NCBI GenBank assembly: GCA_963827235.1
Contig: CAWHAE010000010.1
Location: forward strand, 1-64,000
Direction of reading: 5' to 3'
DNA: 64,000 nt
Source of the DNA: an uncultured bacterium
GTDB taxonomy: Bacteria; Chloroflexota; UBA5177; JANWHV01
The notes beneath the pieces are model-generated. The model worked only from the letters and a program-made list of their open reading frames with translations, made no database searches and was not told where the DNA came from. The position numbers and the translations under genes were made by a program. This document shows, piece after piece, positions 44,603-54,135 of this stretch (position 1 is the stretch's first letter; each line of letters opens with the position of its first letter).

Positions 44603-44634
44603 AGGCGAGTTAAGAGTCCGTTCGCTCCTCTTTG

Positions 44635-45924
44635 TCAGGCGACCAGCAGCCAGGAGTCAGCGTGGGTGCCAGCGCTGCCGTGAGCTGCGAGGATATGCCT
44701 GCCAGGGGCAGGTCGGATGTTGTGCGCGCTGACAGGGCTGTGCTGGTGGTCGTACAACTCCAGGCTCCACGTGCCATCCGAAAGCGCGGTGACGTAGCCG
44801 TGATAGCGGCTGTCCCAGAACAGGGCGACCGTCTCATTCGGCTGGAATCCGGTACCGGACACGGCGAGCTCTTCGCCGTTGGCCAGGACGGCTCGGTGTG
44901 GCTGCGGCGCGCCGTCACGCAGCACGGTCGCGGTGATGGTCGGGTACGCCGCGAGTGCCGCGTGCATCGCAGGGGCAGCCGTGATGCGCAGGGCGTCGGC
45001 CGTGATGATGGCACTGGTATTGGCTTCCAGATACGGCCAGGAGATCTCCGCATAGCCGTTCAGGCCCCAGCTTGTGCCCCAGGAGTTCTCGACCCAAGCG
45101 CCGGCGTTGTCGTAGCCCATCACAACCAGCTCGTGGCCGCCCAGGGAGGCGGCTGGATCCGCCGGCACCGGCGCAATCCACGCGCTCGTGGCGGTCGCAT
45201 TGTAGAGATTGGGATATACGGTGAGGCCGATAAGCGCCGGATGGCCGGCGGCCAGCGCGGTCTCGATGACGGTACGCACCCTGCTGGGGTTTGTGTCCCA
45301 GTCGCGCGGGTCGCCGATTTGGGCGGCGCGACCGGGGAAATACGTGATGCCGGCGAGGGCATAATGCCGGGCCAGGGCGCGCTGAGCAGCGGTAGGCCGG
45401 CTGCGCCAGGCGTAGTTGCCTTGCTGGTAATCGGCCAGGGGCAGCATGCCCTGCTGCGCAGCCGCGAGGACCTGTGACTCCCAGCTTCCTGCATCCTGGT
45501 GGCCGTCGACCTGGCCATAGGTGAAGAGCGGTGCGAAGTAGCCGGTGGGGAGGTGCTGCTTGTCGACGTACCAGCCGGCGAGCGTGTAGACGGCAGCCCA
45601 GGCCACGCAGTCGCTCACCCAGCCCTGGTCGCCCACGGGTGGCGCGTTGCGGCTGAGATCGACGCTGGTCGGGAATATGGTTGTCTGGCCGAGCAGGGTG
45701 AGGGGTGGCAGCGGCCCGTAGTCGGTGCTTCGTGTGCCCGGCAGGAGGTGCAGACCTCTCCGTGGCGCTATCGGCGCGGACCAAGCGGGCCCCGCGGCGC
45801 GTGCTACGAGGCCGCCTGCGCTCAACAAGGCGCTTCCCAGGGGGAGCAGAGCGAGAAGACCCGCTCCTACCAGCAGCAGGGAGTTCGATCCTAACGGACC
45901 GCGGCGTGCGCGATGCGCGTTCAT
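44635..45924 (-). CDS. secreted papain-like (C1) cysteine peptidase; output gene of cassette 3
   Basis: signal/TM segment, PTSVDLS..PPVGDQGWVSDCVAWA (Q, C), GGHELVVMGYD (H), ENSWGTSWGLNGY (N); small C-terminal Ig-like domain. Confidence 0.9.
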   Translation of the reverse strand: MNAHRARRGPLGSNSLLLVGAGLLALLPLGSALLSAGGLVARAAGPAWSAPIAPRRGLHLLPGTRSTDYGPLPPLTLLGQTTIFPTSVDLSRNAPPVGDQGWVSDCVAWAAVYTLAGWYVDKQHLPTGYFAPLFTYGQVDGHQDAGSWESQVLAAAQQGMLPLADYQQGNYAWRSRPTAAQRALARHYALAGITYFPGRAAQIGDPRDWDTNPSRVRTVIETALAAGHPALIGLTVYPNLYNATATSAWIAPVPADPAASLGGHELVVMGYDNAGAWVENSWGTSWGLNGYAEISWPYLEANTSAIITADALRITAAPAMHAALAAYPTITATVLRDGAPQPHRAVLANGEELAVSGTGFQPNETVALFWDSRYHGYVTALSDGTWSLELYDHQHSPVSAHNIRPAPGRHILAAHGSAGTHADSWLLVA

Positions 45925-46020
45925 CGACGATTCGCCAGACGGCGGTGTGCTGAGGGCCAGCGCGTGTCTGGCAGGCCTCCTCTCTCCTGGTGCAGCGGGC
46001 TGCGATCTTCGAACGCCTCC

Positions 46021-46091
46021 AGCTTGGGCGCCGATGCTCCGGCGGGCCACGCACAAGACGCTCAAGTAGTCGCACAACCTGCCGCACAACC
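46021..46091. promoter_or_regulatory. output promoter of cassette 3 with GCACAA repeats
   Basis: CGCACAACC x2 at 46071 and 46083 (12-bp period), GCACAA at 46051; minus-strand CAAGCT at 46021-46026. Confidence 0.6.
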
Positions 46092-46413
46092 GGCTGTAGA
46101 GGCGGGAGAGTGCGCACGTGACAGACGACCTCAGGTACCACCCACATGGGATGCACGGAGCCGGCGTCGACGGCGCATGGACTGGGCGTTGCGCTGCGTA
46201 CCTCTCCGCCCGGGCATGCAGGTTCCACCGCGGCGCCGGCATCAGCGCGTGGCAGCCTCTGGGCGAGCACGATGCGTGCGCCGAGGTAGGCCGGCCGTCT
46301 AGAGACTGCTCAGGCCGATGTGGTAGAGTGGTACCGGTGACCTCGCGCACGGTCCAGCTCACCCGTGCCGGCGTGCTGGGGCGTGCCCGAGGGAAGGGAC
46401 TCGGGTGCCTGCC

Positions 46414-49400
46414 ATGGCCCAAGCGCCGTTGTTCGGCGAGCTGCTGCGACGCGCCCGCGTGGCGGCCGGCCTGACCCAGGAGGCACTGGCCGAACGGGCA
46501 GGGCTGAGCGCCACGGCGATCAGCGCTCTCGAACGGGGCGTCCGCCAAACACCGCAGGGCGAGACGCTGCGCCTGCTGACCAACGCGCTCGCCCTTCCCG
46601 ATAGTGAGCAAGCGCGGCTGGCGGCAGCGGCGCGCCGGCTCGACGCCCGCAGCGGAACGATCCCGGCAGCGAGTTCTCTGGCTGCCACTGGGGCGGTCGA
46701 GCCGCACGCCGGATGCGGCGTCGCGGGTGCCCCTCTGTCCGAAGCGGAGGCCCCGGTCGTCTACCTCGCACACGCGCGTGCCGATCGCGCGCTGGTAGCC
46801 CGCCTCGGCGCCGAGCTGCTTGCGCACGGCATCCGCCCGTGGCGCGGTGCGCAGGAACTCCAGCCTGGCAGCCCAGGGTGGGAGCAAGACGCACGTGATG
46901 CCATCCGCGCTGCCAGAGCAATCCTCTATCTCGGCTCGCCTGAGGCTCGAGCCTCCCGCTACGTGGCGGACGAGCTGCGCGTCGCCGAACTCTACCGGCG
47001 GCCGATCTACCCGCTGTGGCTGGCGGGCGAGGCGTGGCTGGAGTGCGTGCCCCTGGGCTGGGGCGGCATGCAGTACCTGGACGCGCGCGGCGGACGCTCT
47101 GCCGCCGCGCTCGACGAGGTCGCGGCGCTGCTGCGCGGTGACCAGGCGCCGGCGGCACCGTCCGGGGCGTTACCAAACGACGAGGCGCAGGGCACGCCCC
47201 GCAACCCCTACAAGGGGCTGCGCGCCTTTGATGCCGCGGATGCCGGCGACTTCTTCGGTCGCGAGTCGGCGGTCGGCAGCCTGCTCGCGGCGCTGGCCGG
47301 CGAGAATGAGCAGGCGCCGCGCTTTCTGGCCGTCGTGGGGCCGAGCGGGTCGGGCAAGTCCAGCCTGGTCCTGGCCGGCCTACTGCCCCGGCTGCGGCGC
47401 GGCGCGCTGCCGGGCAGTGCCGGATGGATTGACTTGCCGCCGGTCGTGCCAGGCGCGCATCCGCTCGAAGCGCTGAGCGTGGCGCTGGCTGCTTCCCTCC
47501 CTGCCTCGCCCGTTCAGGCTGTGCACGCCGATCTGGAGGCATCGGCGCGCGGGCTGCATCTGCTCGGCCAGCGGCTGGCACCCGAGAGCGGCAGGCGTGT
47601 CGTGCTCGTGGCCGATCAGTTCGAGGAACTGTTCACGCTGGCGGTCGACGAGGCGGAGCGGCAGCACTGCATCGACCTCCTGGTCACGGCGGCGACCGAG
47701 TCCAGGGGACCGGTCCTTGTCATACTCACCCTGCGCGCCGACTTCTTCGACCGGCCGCTGGCCTATCCTGAATTGGCGGCGTTGTTCGACGGGCAGAGCA
47801 AGGCGGTGCTGCCCATGACGTCGGCCGACCTCCGTGCCGCCATCGAAGGCCCGGCTGCCTTGACCGACGTGCAGCTCACCTTTGAAGGAGATCTCGTGGG
47901 CGATCTGCTCTTCGAGGTGCGCGGCCAGGCGGGCGCGCTGCCGCTGCTCGAGTTCACCCTGGAGCAATTGGTGCTGCGCCGCGACGGGCACCGCCTGACA
48001 CTCGCCGCCTACCAGGCGCTGGGCGGGGTGCGCGGCGCCCTGGCCCGGCACGCAGAGGCGGTGTTCGCGGGCCTGCCAAGCGAGGAGCAGCGGCATCTGT
48101 GCCGCGCCCTGTTCTTGCGCTTGATTACGCCCGGAGCCAGTGAACAGGAGACGATGAGGCGGCGAGCCGGGGTGCAGGAGCTGGTGCTGGAGGATGCCGA
48201 GCAGACCCGCCTGCTGCAAGCGACCGCCGAGGCCTTCATCGCGGCCCGCCTGCTGAGCACGTCCGACGGCAGCGGCGGTGCCACGATCGAGGTCAGCCAC
48301 GAGGCATTGCTGCGGGAGTGGGAGCGGCTTGGCGCCTGGCTGCAGCAGGCGTGGGGGGACATCAGACTGCAGCAGTCCGTCAGCGCCGACGCGGCGGAGT
48401 GGGAGCGACAGGGCTGGGATCCCGATTACCTCTATCGCGGCGCGCTGCTGCTGGAGGCGCGCGGCTGGGCGGCGCGGAATCTGCCGAGCGTTAGCGAGGC
48501 GGCGTTCGTGGCGGCGGGCGTGGCGGCGGAGGCGCAGCGGGCCGCGGCGGAACGGGAGCGCCAGGCGCACGAGCTGGCCCTCGAACGGCGCGCCGCTTCC
48601 CGGCTACGGGTACTGACGGGGGCCTTACTGGCCTTCCTCGCGGTAGCAGCCGGGCTGGCGACCGTGGCGATCAACGCGGCCAACACCGCACGGACGAGCG
48701 AGCGTCAGGAAGCCGCCGCCAAAGCCACGGCGCTCGCCCGGCGAGATCTGGCATTGTCGACCACCCTCGCGTTGCAGTCCGTGAGTCATCTGGACGATCA
48801 GACGACGCTCGCGCTGCTGTTGAGCGTGCAAGCCAATCGCCTGGCGAGCACAGTAGAAGCCCGGGGCGCGCTGCTGCAGAGCTTCCAGCACCAGCACAGC
48901 CGGTTGGTCGCAGTGCTGCGGGGCGATCCCGTGGGTGCAGCGGGCGTCAGCTTCAGTCCCGATGGCCGGCGCCTGAGCGCGGTCGGCGTTGGCGGGACCG
49001 TCCGGCAGTGGGACGTGGCAACCCTGCGGCAGCAGAGCCTCTCGGTCACGGTCCCCGGCGTTACGAGCACGCTCGCCGCCGTAACCATCAGCGCCGACGG
49101 CACTCTGATGGCATGCAGTAGCGCCGGGGCGCCGGTCGTCTGGGACCTGCTGCACGGGCACCGCATCGGCGACTTCAGCACCGGCAGCCCAGCCGGTGCC
49201 GTGACGGCGCTCGCTTTCAACGCCGACGGTACCGTCCTCGTCGCGGCCTACACGCCAAATGTGATCAGGCTGTGGGATGTCGCCCATCAGCGCCTGATCG
49301 GTAGTTTCGTTGCGAGCCAGCAAGGCGCCATTGACAGCATGGCGTTCAGCCCAGACGGCAGAACCCTGGCCGTGGGCAGCGATGACGGCTCGCTGTGGCT

Positions 49401-50850
49401 GTGGGACGCGCCACGGCGCCGGGCGATCGCCGGGCTGCTCGAAAACGCCGCGCTGGCTGCCGTGTCTTCTGTGACGTTCAGCCCCGACGGCTCGATCCTG
49501 GCGTCGAACGCGAACGGACGGGTGCAGCTCTGGGACGTGGCACACCGGCGGCCGTTCGGCCAATCGCTCGCGCAAGGGCCGCAGGCCGTCTACAGCGTGG
49601 CTTTCAGCCATGATGGCGCCATCCTGGCGTCGGCCAGCACCGACGGCAGTGTCCAGCTCTGGAGCATGCCGCGCGGGCAGCCCCTCGGCGCACCGCTCAC
49701 GGGCTCCGCGGCCGGCATGGCGGCCGGTCTCGGCTACGGCAATGGCCTGGCCGACCTGGCGTTCAGTCCGGATGACGGCCTGCTTGCCTCGGGCGGCCAG
49801 TCGGACGCGGTGAGACTGTGGGATGTCTCCGCCGCCCATACCCTGGGTCTTCCCCTGCCCGGAAGCGCCAATCCCGCCGCCGGCGTCGCCATGAGCCCGG
49901 ACGGCTCGCTGGCAGCCTCCGCAGGAGCAAACAAGACGATTCTCGTGTGGGACCTGGCCGGACGCCGGCTGCGCTGCAGCCCGCTGGCCGGCCACACCGA
50001 CTACGTCAACAGCCTGGCCTTCAGCCCGGACGGCAGGATTCTGGCGTCCGGCGCTGACGACGCGACAATCAGGCTCTGGGACGTGGCCCACTGCCGGCCG
50101 CTGGGCGCACCGCTCGCCGATCCGGCAGGGGCCGCCGTCGAGAGCCTGGCGTTTGGCGGCGATGGCCGGGTACTGGTCGCGGGCAACGCAGACGCGAGCG
50201 TCCGCTTGTGGGATGTGTCTCGGCGGCAGGTGATCGGTCTGCCGCTCGTCGGGCCCGCCATGCGGGCCTGGAGCGTGGCCGTCAGCCGCGACGGCAGGAT
50301 GGTGGCCAGCGGGAACCTGGACGGCAGCGTGTGGCTGTGGCACCTGTGGAGCGGCGACCGCCCGGGACTGCTGCTGTCGGGGCACACGGGCGCCGTCTAC
50401 AGCGTGGCCTGCAGTCCCGACGGCCGCACGCTCGCCACAGGCGGCGCCGATGGGACGATCCGCCTGTGGGACACGGCGACGGCGCGCGCAATCGGCGCAC
50501 CGCTGGTCGCCAACGCCGTGGTGCGCAGCGTCGCGTTCAGCCCAGACGGCGCCACACTGGCCTCGGCCGGCGACGACGAGTCCATCCGCCTGTGGGATGT
50601 GGCGACCCAGCTGGCGGTGGGGCCGTCGCTCACCGGCCACACGGGCGGTGTGTGGGGCGTGGCCTTTGGGCCAGGTGGCAAGACGCTGGTGTCGGTGGGC
50701 ACGGACCAGACGCTCAGGACCTGGACCATCGATCCGGCGGTGCTGGAACGGCGTGTCTGCCAGATAGCAGGGCGCAACCTGACTCCCGGCGAGTGGCAGC
50801 ACTACCTGGGAGGCCTGCCGTATCAGAAGACTTGCGCGGCCTACCCATAA
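46414..50850 (+). CDS. XRE-HTH / TIR / nSTAND1 / TM / WD40 protein, intact
   Basis: same motif order as the 6523 protein; TM VLTGALLAFLAVAAGLATVAI; about 15 WD40 repeats; extended -10 TGgTAGAGT at about 46321. Confidence 0.95.
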   Translation: MAQAPLFGELLRRARVAAGLTQEALAERAGLSATAISALERGVRQTPQGETLRLLTNALALPDSEQARLAAAARRLDARSGTIPAASSLAATGAVEPHAGCGVAGAPLSEAEAPVVYLAHARADRALVARLGAELLAHGIRPWRGAQELQPGSPGWEQDARDAIRAARAILYLGSPEARASRYVADELRVAELYRRPIYPLWLAGEAWLECVPLGWGGMQYLDARGGRSAAALDEVAALLRGDQAPAAPSGALPNDEAQGTPRNPYKGLRAFDAADAGDFFGRESAVGSLLAALAGENEQAPRFLAVVGPSGSGKSSLVLAGLLPRLRRGALPGSAGWIDLPPVVPGAHPLEALSVALAASLPASPVQAVHADLEASARGLHLLGQRLAPESGRRVVLVADQFEELFTLAVDEAERQHCIDLLVTAATESRGPVLVILTLRADFFDRPLAYPELAALFDGQSKAVLPMTSADLRAAIEGPAALTDVQLTFEGDLVGDLLFEVRGQAGALPLLEFTLEQLVLRRDGHRLTLAAYQALGGVRGALARHAEAVFAGLPSEEQRHLCRALFLRLITPGASEQETMRRRAGVQELVLEDAEQTRLLQATAEAFIAARLLSTSDGSGGATIEVSHEALLREWERLGAWLQQAWGDIRLQQSVSADAAEWERQGWDPDYLYRGALLLEARGWAARNLPSVSEAAFVAAGVAAEAQRAAAERERQAHELALERRAASRLRVLTGALLAFLAVAAGLATVAINAANTARTSERQEAAAKATALARRDLALSTTLALQSVSHLDDQTTLALLLSVQANRLASTVEARGALLQSFQHQHSRLVAVLRGDPVGAAGVSFSPDGRRLSAVGVGGTVRQWDVATLRQQSLSVTVPGVTSTLAAVTISADGTLMACSSAGAPVVWDLLHGHRIGDFSTGSPAGAVTALAFNADGTVLVAAYTPNVIRLWDVAHQRLIGSFVASQQGAIDSMAFSPDGRTLAVGSDDGSLWLWDAPRRRAIAGLLENAALAAVSSVTFSPDGSILASNANGRVQLWDVAHRRPFGQSLAQGPQAVYSVAFSHDGAILASASTDGSVQLWSMPRGQPLGAPLTGSAAGMAAGLGYGNGLADLAFSPDDGLLASGGQSDAVRLWDVSAAHTLGLPLPGSANPAAGVAMSPDGSLAASAGANKTILVWDLAGRRLRCSPLAGHTDYVNSLAFSPDGRILASGADDATIRLWDVAHCRPLGAPLADPAGAAVESLAFGGDGRVLVAGNADASVRLWDVSRRQVIGLPLVGPAMRAWSVAVSRDGRMVASGNLDGSVWLWHLWSGDRPGLLLSGHTGAVYSVACSPDGRTLATGGADGTIRLWDTATARAIGAPLVANAVVRSVAFSPDGATLASAGDDESIRLWDVATQLAVGPSLTGHTGGVWGVAFGPGGKTLVSVGTDQTLRTWTIDPAVLERRVCQIAGRNLTPGEWQHYLGGLPYQKTCAAYP

Positions 50851-50884
50851 CTCGCGACGCACGATGGGCAGAGGAGGACGAGAG

Positions 50885-52129
50885 ATGAGACGAAGCCTGC
50901 TCGGAGTTGTGGCAATGGTGCTGGCTGCCGCGCCGTCCGCGGGCGGCGCGGGCGCGGTATCTCAGCGTGCCGGCGCGACCATCACCGTGTGGGAAGACCT
51001 GAACTCCATTCCGGCGGTGGATGGGCTTACCGCGCTGGCGGACAGGTGGGGCGCCGCCAACGGACTGAGCGTGAAGTTCGTCACCTTCGGCCAGCCCGGG
51101 GGTACCAACTGCATTCCCTGTCAGTTCCCGCCCAAGGCGAAGAGCAAAGACGGCCCGGACATCATCTATTTTCCGGAGGACGAGCAGGGCGGCTACGCGG
51201 TAGCCAAGCTGATCGCGCCACGGCCGGCCGGCGTGCTCAGTGCGTCCGACCTGGCAAGGTACCAGCCGTTTGCGCAGGCCGCGACCTTGGTCGACGGCGT
51301 GCCGTACTCGATTCCACACGACGAAGACGGCCTGCTGCTGTTCTACAACAAGCGGCTGGTGCACGATCCTCCCGCCACCTGGACACAGCTGATCGCCAGC
51401 GCCAGCAGGCTGACGAAAGGCAACCAGTCCGGCTTTCTCTACTGGATCTCGGGTGGTCTCTACTACAACTACTGGGCGTACGGCGGCTACGGCGCCTACG
51501 TCTTCGGGAGCAAAGGCGGGAAGGTCGACATCAGAGACATCGGGCTCGACAATGCCGCCGCCGTGCAGGCTCTCACCTTCATCCGATCGCTCACCGCGAT
51601 CGTGCCGAAGAGCGTCGACTATTCATTTGTCAGCCAAGCGTTCCAGGCCGGCCGGGCGGCGATGATCCTGGACGGCCCGTGGAATCTCGACTCCTATGCC
51701 GGGTCATTGGGGCCGGACCTGGGCGCCGCCGACATCCCGGCCCTGCCGGGCGGCTACGTGAGCAGGCCGTTCGTCGGCATTCGCGTCTGGGCGGTCAACC
51801 GCTACAGCGCGCACCAGGCTGCCGCCTGGGATCTGGCACGGTACCTGAGCCTGAACGGCCAGGCGATCACCGCCAGGTACGAGGATCGCCTGCCGACGCT
51901 CCGAGTCGCGCCCGGCTTTACGCCGAACGCGCTGCAACTGGCCGCCGAGCGGCAGTTCAGCGCAGGCATCCTGATGCCGAACTCGCCGGCCATGTCCCAG
52001 GTCTGGGACCCAGAGTACAACGCTATCAACCTCGTGCTGCAGGGGAAAGCGTCGCCACGGCAGGCCCTCAAGACGGCTGTTCAGAAGATCAAGAAGTCGT
52101 ACGCGACGTGCCGGTGTCTCGGCCGTTGA
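50885..52129 (+). CDS. MalE-like sugar ABC substrate-binding protein, orphan
   Basis: signal peptide, ITVWE, GPDIIY, DGVPYSIP, LLFYNKRLV..PPATW, FQAGRAAMILDGPW, MPNSPAMSQVW; no permease or ATPase adjacent. Confidence 0.9.
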   Translation: MRRSLLGVVAMVLAAAPSAGGAGAVSQRAGATITVWEDLNSIPAVDGLTALADRWGAANGLSVKFVTFGQPGGTNCIPCQFPPKAKSKDGPDIIYFPEDEQGGYAVAKLIAPRPAGVLSASDLARYQPFAQAATLVDGVPYSIPHDEDGLLLFYNKRLVHDPPATWTQLIASASRLTKGNQSGFLYWISGGLYYNYWAYGGYGAYVFGSKGGKVDIRDIGLDNAAAVQALTFIRSLTAIVPKSVDYSFVSQAFQAGRAAMILDGPWNLDSYAGSLGPDLGAADIPALPGGYVSRPFVGIRVWAVNRYSAHQAAAWDLARYLSLNGQAITARYEDRLPTLRVAPGFTPNALQLAAERQFSAGILMPNSPAMSQVWDPEYNAINLVLQGKASPRQALKTAVQKIKKSYATCRCLGR

Positions 52130-52431
52130 TCGGCCGACTGCCGCGGCGCTGCGTGACAATGCCGACTACGGCGGCGTGTCTTCGGATGCTGCTCTGCCGC
52201 CTGCGCATACTCACGAATGGCGCCGACATCAGTGCCGAACGTTGTCATGGTTAGCCGCCTGTTCGGTGCTGCTTGCGGTCGAGTTGTTCCGGGCAGGCAC
52301 CTGTTGCACACGGTTGTAGACTCCAGCCTGTCACTCGCCGGGCTGTCCGCGCCGGCGTGAGCGCAGGTCCCGGGAGGCTTGGGCACATATCACGCAGCGG
52401 GGGGAGCGTAGCTCGAGACTTCGCGCCACAG

Positions 52432-53709
52432 TCACGCCGCGGACACGCGCGTAAACACGCAGACAACGCCTCTGGCGCGGTCCTTGAAGCCGGCACCAAC
52501 CAGGACCGCGCCGCCGCTTTCGGCCACAGAGCCGCCAAACCAGTCGCCGGAGCCGCCGTCACCCGCGGTAAGCCTGGCCTGCTGGGCCCAGCGGCCGGCT
52601 GCGCGGGTGAAGACGTACACGGCGCCTGCCTGGTCGTCGGCGTACCACGCTCCGACCAGCGCGGTATTACCGCTCAGGGCCACCGCGTGACCGAACCGGT
52701 CGCGGCAGGCGCCGTCTGCGGCCCTCAGCCTAGCCTGCTGCGTCCACTCCTGCTCAGTGCGCACGAAGATGTAGGCTGCTCCTCGCTGGCAGTCGGCGTC
52801 TCCCGCGCCGACCAGCGCAGTGCTATCGGTAAGCGCGACGGCCATGCCGAAAACATCGCCCGGCATGCCATCGCTCGCGCTGAGCCGAGCCTGCTGCTTC
52901 CAGGTGACGCCTTGCCGCGTGAAAATGAAAGCACTTCCGGTGTTGGCAACCACCCCGGCGGCGCCGACCAGTGCCATGTCGGCGTGCAAGGCGACGGAGG
53001 TGCCGAAGTAGTCCTCCGGCTCGCCCTTGTCCGCGGTGAGCATGGCCTGCTGACTCCAGCGGCCGGCAGTCCGCGTGAAGACGTAGGCTGCACCGGCGTG
53101 GTCATGTGCGTACCAGGCGCCCACCAGCGCGCTGTCCCCATACAGCGCCACGGCACGGCCGAACCAGTCACCGGGAGCACCGTCGCGGGACGATAGCCTG
53201 GCCTGCTCCGTCCACTGCCGTCCGTGCCGCACGAAGATGTACGCTTCCCCGGTGTGGCCGGCCATCGGTGCACCGATCAAGGCAGTATCGCCGCTGAGCG
53301 CCACCGAAACGCCGAACCAGTGATCGGGATTGCCGCTATCGGCCGCAAGCGTGGCCTGTTGAGTCCAGCCACTCGTCGTGCGCACGAAGACGTAGGCGGC
53401 GCCCGCGCCGTGGTGGGCGTTCCAGGCGCCGACCACGGCCGTGTCCCCGCTCAGGGCGACCGGCCCGCCGAAGTGGTCGCCGGCCTGCCCGTCGCCGGCG
53501 GAGAGCTGTGTCTCCTCCTGCCAGCGGGACGAAGTGCCGGCCGACCCGCCACTCCGTAGCTGGGGTCGGCCGGCCTGCAGCGTGGTGAGACGGGGTCGTG
53601 CACCCTGATGGCCGGGTGCTGCCGAACCGGCGAGACAGCGCGGCGGGGCCACGCTGACGGCGAGCAGGGCGGACAGCAGGAGAGTGCAGAGCGTGCGGCG
53701 CGGGGTCAT
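52432..53709 (-). CDS. secreted FG-GAP repeat beta-propeller; output gene of cassette 4
   Basis: GAAAGGAGCA RBS, signal peptide, seven repeats D.FG..VALSGDTALVGA...GAAYVF.R....W.QQA.L. Confidence 0.9.
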   Translation of the reverse strand: MTPRRTLCTLLLSALLAVSVAPPRCLAGSAAPGHQGARPRLTTLQAGRPQLRSGGSAGTSSRWQEETQLSAGDGQAGDHFGGPVALSGDTAVVGAWNAHHGAGAAYVFVRTTSGWTQQATLAADSGNPDHWFGVSVALSGDTALIGAPMAGHTGEAYIFVRHGRQWTEQARLSSRDGAPGDWFGRAVALYGDSALVGAWYAHDHAGAAYVFTRTAGRWSQQAMLTADKGEPEDYFGTSVALHADMALVGAAGVVANTGSAFIFTRQGVTWKQQARLSASDGMPGDVFGMAVALTDSTALVGAGDADCQRGAAYIFVRTEQEWTQQARLRAADGACRDRFGHAVALSGNTALVGAWYADDQAGAVYVFTRAAGRWAQQARLTAGDGGSGDWFGGSVAESGGAVLVGAGFKDRARGVVCVFTRVSAA

Positions 53710-53840
53710 GAGCGTGCTCCTTTCAGGTCGATGGCCACTGCCCGAGGTCGGACCACCGTGGCCGGTGCGGTCCATGCGCGGTGCCCGCATCGCTCGCGGC
53801 TGATCCCTCCTGCCGGCGAGCCCGGGCACTGCTCACCGCC

Positions 53841-53896
53841 ACTCTGCGCCTGGAGTGCTGCCGGCACCACACAGGCCGGCACAGGAAGGTCACAGG
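53841..53896. promoter_or_regulatory. output promoter of cassette 4 with CACAGG x3
   Basis: CACAGG at 53870, 53880, 53891; minus-strand GGCGCAGAGT at 53841-53850. Confidence 0.6.
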
Positions 53897-54135
53897 TGGG
53901 CCCACATCGTGCTCCCTGTGACCGCCGGCCTCGGCTCCAGCACGGCCAGACCACAGTGCGCGGTCGAGATCGGGCGGCGCGCTGCGGAGGGGGCGGTGCG
54001 CCGTTGCGCCGGGCGGGCAGGTGGACTATGCTCAGAGAGAACGAGAACCCGGCGCCGTGCCCGCCGTTCCTGCGGAGGATGGTTGTGCGCTCAGCGCGTG
54101 GGCCGCGCTGCCGGGCCCGTCCGCGTGGAGGCGCT

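Noticed and set aside
45925-46887. Long N-terminal extensions of ORFs 44635..46887, 53608..58575, 10781..12085 and 15395..16261
   Set aside because: GC-rich read-through; better starts with RBS and motif onset lie downstream
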